A stretch of DNA of 62,780 nt, the filler included, from Chrysochromulina tobinii (taxonomy: Eukaryota): the NCBI GenBank assembly GCA_001275005.1. It is 6 parts of 6 records of this genome, joined end to end, with 100 filler letters (N's around TTAATTAATTAA, not from the genome) between each part and the next. Parts side by side here need not be neighbours in the genome. Positions count along the whole stretch, not along the records: positions 50,607 to 61,035 come from JWZX01000287.1; positions 61,136 to 62,780 come from JWZX01000289.1; 4 more parts are not named here. One strand, written 5' to 3'. Below are positions 59,620 to 62,780 of the stretch, in pieces. The translations under genes and the position numbers were made by a program. The notes under the pieces were generated by a model. The model was not told where the DNA came from. It saw nothing but the letters and a program-made list of their open reading frames with translations, and searched no databases. Numbering within the stretch: the stretch's first letter is position 1; each line of letters starts with the position of its first letter.

Positions 59620-60011
59620 AGGCGTTCACAGGCTTCTCGTCGCGTCCTCGCCGACCAAGCCCGCGGCAGCCGCCGCCGCCGTCACCACCGCCGGCTGCTT
59701 TGTAACCCCCGTCCCCCCTGCCCATGTCGCCTGCCCCTCAGAGATCGGTGGACCATTTTACATGATGTATACATGATGCACAAGCAATTTAGCTGTGGGG
59801 GCTGGGGCGCGTTTGGCCCTGGTCGTTTGACGAAACATAACGGTGCACCGTAACGGTGACTGTGTTGACCCTGCGGACGGTCACGCGTATTTTTAGCTAG
59901 CGTAAATGCTGACCAATTGCTTTCCTGTTCATGCAAAGATCAGGTTCATGTCAATTGGTTCATGTACGCGCAAGAAGTGTGTGTACATGAACTTGCGTCA
60001 GGCTTCTGCCC

Positions 60012-60229
60012 GGCGCGAGATTTTCGGACCTAGGGGGAGCGGTTTCACTACTCTGGTAGTTACCCTATGGTGTTTCAACACAGTGGGGCGCGAGATTTTG
60101 ACCTAGGGGGAGGGTTTCCCTACTCAGGTAGTTACCCTATGGTGTTTCAACACAGTGGGGCGCGAGATTTTGACCTAGGGGGAGGGTTTCACTACTCATG
60201 TAGTTACCCTATGGTGTTTCAACACAGTG
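60012..60229. repeat. 72-bp tandem repeat x3
   Basis: taccctatggtgtttcaacacagtg at 60061, 60133 and 60205. Confidence 0.95.
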
Positions 60230-60620
60230 CTGCCGAGTTCGCGATTCTCGCATTTTCCTTACCCTCCCGCCGTGCCGTCGACTACCCTTTGATGAAGCCG
60301 CGATTCGCGTTTCTATAGTTCAAATTCAATTTACTTCATAAACAACAGACAACCTGACGGGAATGCATTGCCGTATCCGGATACTTGAACTTGAACTTGA
60401 TCAAGAACACTTCTTAAAAGCAAGTCCACCGCCGTCGGCGTTTTTTCGGCGTTTGAAAAAGTCCTACTTGGGCGCACAATTGACGGAGCGCGGCGCTTCA
60501 TGTCCCTAAAAGGGCACGACCGCATGAGTTTCCTAAAGAATCAGCCGCGCTTCTATTTCGGTAGACGCGGCGGACCGCCGCGTCTGGCGTCGTGCCTCCG
60601 TCTAATTTCAGTCCGTCGAC

Positions 60621-61035
60621 ATGCCAGCTACCTCTGTCTACCTCCCAACATTGACCTCTGTCTACCTTCCGAAGAACATCGAGTACTATCCGGTGGACAC
60701 GGTCGACCACTACCTGTGGGTCGTCATCGTCGCCTTCTTCGCCGCGTTCATGGCGGCCTTCGGGATCGGGTACGCATCTGATGCGCCCAAAAGAGGCGCC
60801 CTTTCTGCAAAGCACACACGCGCGCGCGAGATGCGCACTGCCATCTGCGGTAGACCCTCGTTTACCCACGCCCTCGCCCACTTGTGTCCGCGGCCCACTC
60901 GCCTTTCCCGCTCATCCCCTCAATTGCCCATGCCCTTCTGTCGCAGTGCGAACGACGTAGCCAATGCGTTCGCCACCTCTGTAGGCTCCAAGGCGCTCAC
61001 GGTGAAGCAGGCGTGCTGCATCGCCGTCGTCATGG
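60621..61035 (+). CDS. PHO4/PiT (SLC20) phosphate transporter, 5' part; intron 60770-60946
   Basis: spliced AFGIGANDVANAFATSVGSKALT signature. Confidence 0.92.
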
Positions 61036-61135
61036 NNNNNNNNNNNNNNNNNNNNNNNNNNNNNNNNNNNNNNNNNNNNTTAATTAATTAANNNNNNNNN
61101 NNNNNNNNNNNNNNNNNNNNNNNNNNNNNNNNNNN
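61036..61135. other. artificial contig linker
   Basis: N44-TTAATTAATTAA-N44. Confidence 0.99.
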
Positions 61136-61356
61136 CCGAGAAGGCCATCGACGACGCCCTCAAGTGGCTCGAGTCCAACCAGCTCGCCGAGAAGGAGGAG
61201 TTCGAGCACAAGCAGAAGGAGGTCGAGAGCATTTGCACTCCGATCATGAAGTCGCTCTACTCGGGCGGCGGCGGCGGCATGGGTGGCATGCCAGGCGGCA
61301 TGCCCGGCGGCATGCCCGGCGGTGGCGGTGGCCCCAACATCGAGGAAGTCGACTAA
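61136..61356 (+). CDS. HSP70: cytosolic HSP70, 3' end
   Basis: [23 protein letters not shown] repeats..GPNIEEVD*. Confidence 0.95.
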
Positions 61357-61886
61357 TCGTAGATAGGCGTCTGAGCGCCATGGCAAGTGTCGACGCGCGA
61401 GTGGAGTCCAGTAGCGTGGAGTGTCTCCTCTTTTGGGGGAGGAAATCGAGCGTCATTGTCATTCACGATTCAGCGTAGCGCTTGATCGAGGTTTGTTAGA
61501 AAGAAACCATACCAGTCTCTAGCTAAGGCGGCGGGACATGCTGTGCCGAACTCTCCAAATGCCATCCTCAGTCTCCCCCCTCGGCGTGCCGGCCGGTATC
61601 ATCGGGCCTAGGCCGAAGATGTGTCTCGGGAGCAGCGGGCCCGTCATCAAGCGTCACTCGGCGAAGCAGCGTCCGCGTGAGTTCCCAGCGCCGACAGAAG
61701 AGAATGTGCCCCAGGGGAGGAAACGGATGAAGAGGAGAAAGAGTACGATCATTAAGTAGAGGCGAGGTGAGCCCACGAAGGAGCAGACGGTGCGTGTGTG
61801 TGAAGAGGCGGGGTACATGCTCACACCATACCATCCCCCTCGGGGGAGACGCAGAAACAGCACAGGCGAGGTTCGCACCAGAGGCC

Positions 61887-62069
61887 CTGCTCCGGGGCCG
61901 TAGCTGACCGGGAGACTCTCAGAGGGACACTGGGTGAAGCGGCGCCTGTGAGGCCAGGACGGAACCCACAAGGGGCACAAAGGGGGCGTAAGCACCGCAC
62001 GCACCAGCATCCCAGCTGCTCCGGGGCCGTAGCTTGCCGGGAGGCTCTCAGAGGGGAGCTGGGCGAAGC
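61887..62069. repeat. about 54-bp imperfect direct repeat x2
   Basis: 61887-61940 vs 62016-62069 (ctgctccggggccgtagct..ctctcagaggg..ctggg.gaagc). Confidence 0.75.
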
Positions 62070-62734
62070 AGGCTTGCAGGGGACCATGGATTCAAGATCC
62101 TCAAGGACGCCTAAGGCCGCGTCCACGTCAGCAAATCCCCGGAGTCACCAGGGTCGGGAAAGGGTTTATCCTCAATACGGGCTGCGTGTAGCCAAGCGCA
62201 AGCGCTGCGGTTCACACATCTTTTAGGGCAGCACATGCATCCGTAGGTGACACACCTTGGGAGAGTATCATGAAAACACCATTATGCTGTAAGCTCGTGA
62301 CCCCGGCGCCCCGCAAAATCGTATAAAGGCGAGCGCTTTGAGTCGCTTGCATTCCGACTTTGCTTGATTAGTGTTCGAGACAACCAGCCGAGCGCGTCAA
62401 GAAGATCCAGACGCGACACATCGAGGGATCCATCGAGGACCAGGTTCGCGACTGTTCGCACGTGCTTGCCGCCGGACGTTGCTCCGCCCTTCGATACGTG
62501 CGAGTAGACGAATCCAGCGCCCCCCTGCCCCCTTGCCCCATTCTTGTCGCGTCGCGAAACTCACAGCCATCGTGCGCGCAATGCGCAACGCTCCTTGAGC
62601 TGTTCGCCCTCTGGCTTCGGAGGCTCATGGGCTCCCAGCGCATACGCCCCGAGCCGATCGCAGGCGCGCTGACTCTTCCCCCTCCCTCGTCCCTCACGCG
62701 CGCAGAACAACCACAACCGCGACGATAAGCACTC

Positions 62735-62780
62735 ATGGGCAAGGAAGGCAAAGTTGAGGGTCTCGCGGTCGGCATTGACC
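62735..62780 (+). CDS. HSP70: second HSP70, 5' end
   Basis: MGKEGKVEGLAVGID, start of the GIDLG motif. Confidence 0.75.
   Translation, partial: MGKEGKVEGLAVGID

Noticed and set aside
60012..60229. CRISPR array
   Set aside because: The whole 72-bp unit is repeated, with no distinct spacers.

Overview
High-GC eukaryotic nuclear DNA, most likely a haptophyte alga (Prymnesiophyceae, Chrysochromulina-like). This is inferred from an Lhcf-type antenna gene with a bipartite 'AF' presequence, the GC content and the gene families present. The window is not contiguous: six contigs are joined by artificial 100-bp N44-TTAATTAATTAA-N44 linkers. It holds about 27 protein genes or gene fragments, including an EAG/CNG-like K+ channel, Lhcf, a Tudor-YL1_C protein, a Pelle-like kinase, LRR and EF-hand proteins, two methyltransferases, a Canopy-like ER protein, a SET protein, divinyl reductase, partial midasin, a TPT transporter, a PHO4/PiT transporter and two HSP70 ends. 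It also holds a tRNA-Arg(UCG) with an atypical C33 and a short interspersed repeat family. The most striking signal is intron architecture. Introns in three genes on two contigs carry a shared, sense-oriented, reiterated CTGATTGC/CTAATTGC (branch-point-like) filler. In two of these genes the introns also contain duplications of the flanking exon sequence, twice a seamless copy of the spliced exon-exon junction. An identical 20-nt acceptor module occurs in two different genes. This suggests an active duplication-plus-filler mechanism of intron creation or remodelling. All splice models were inferred by hand from frame restoration and lack RNA support.
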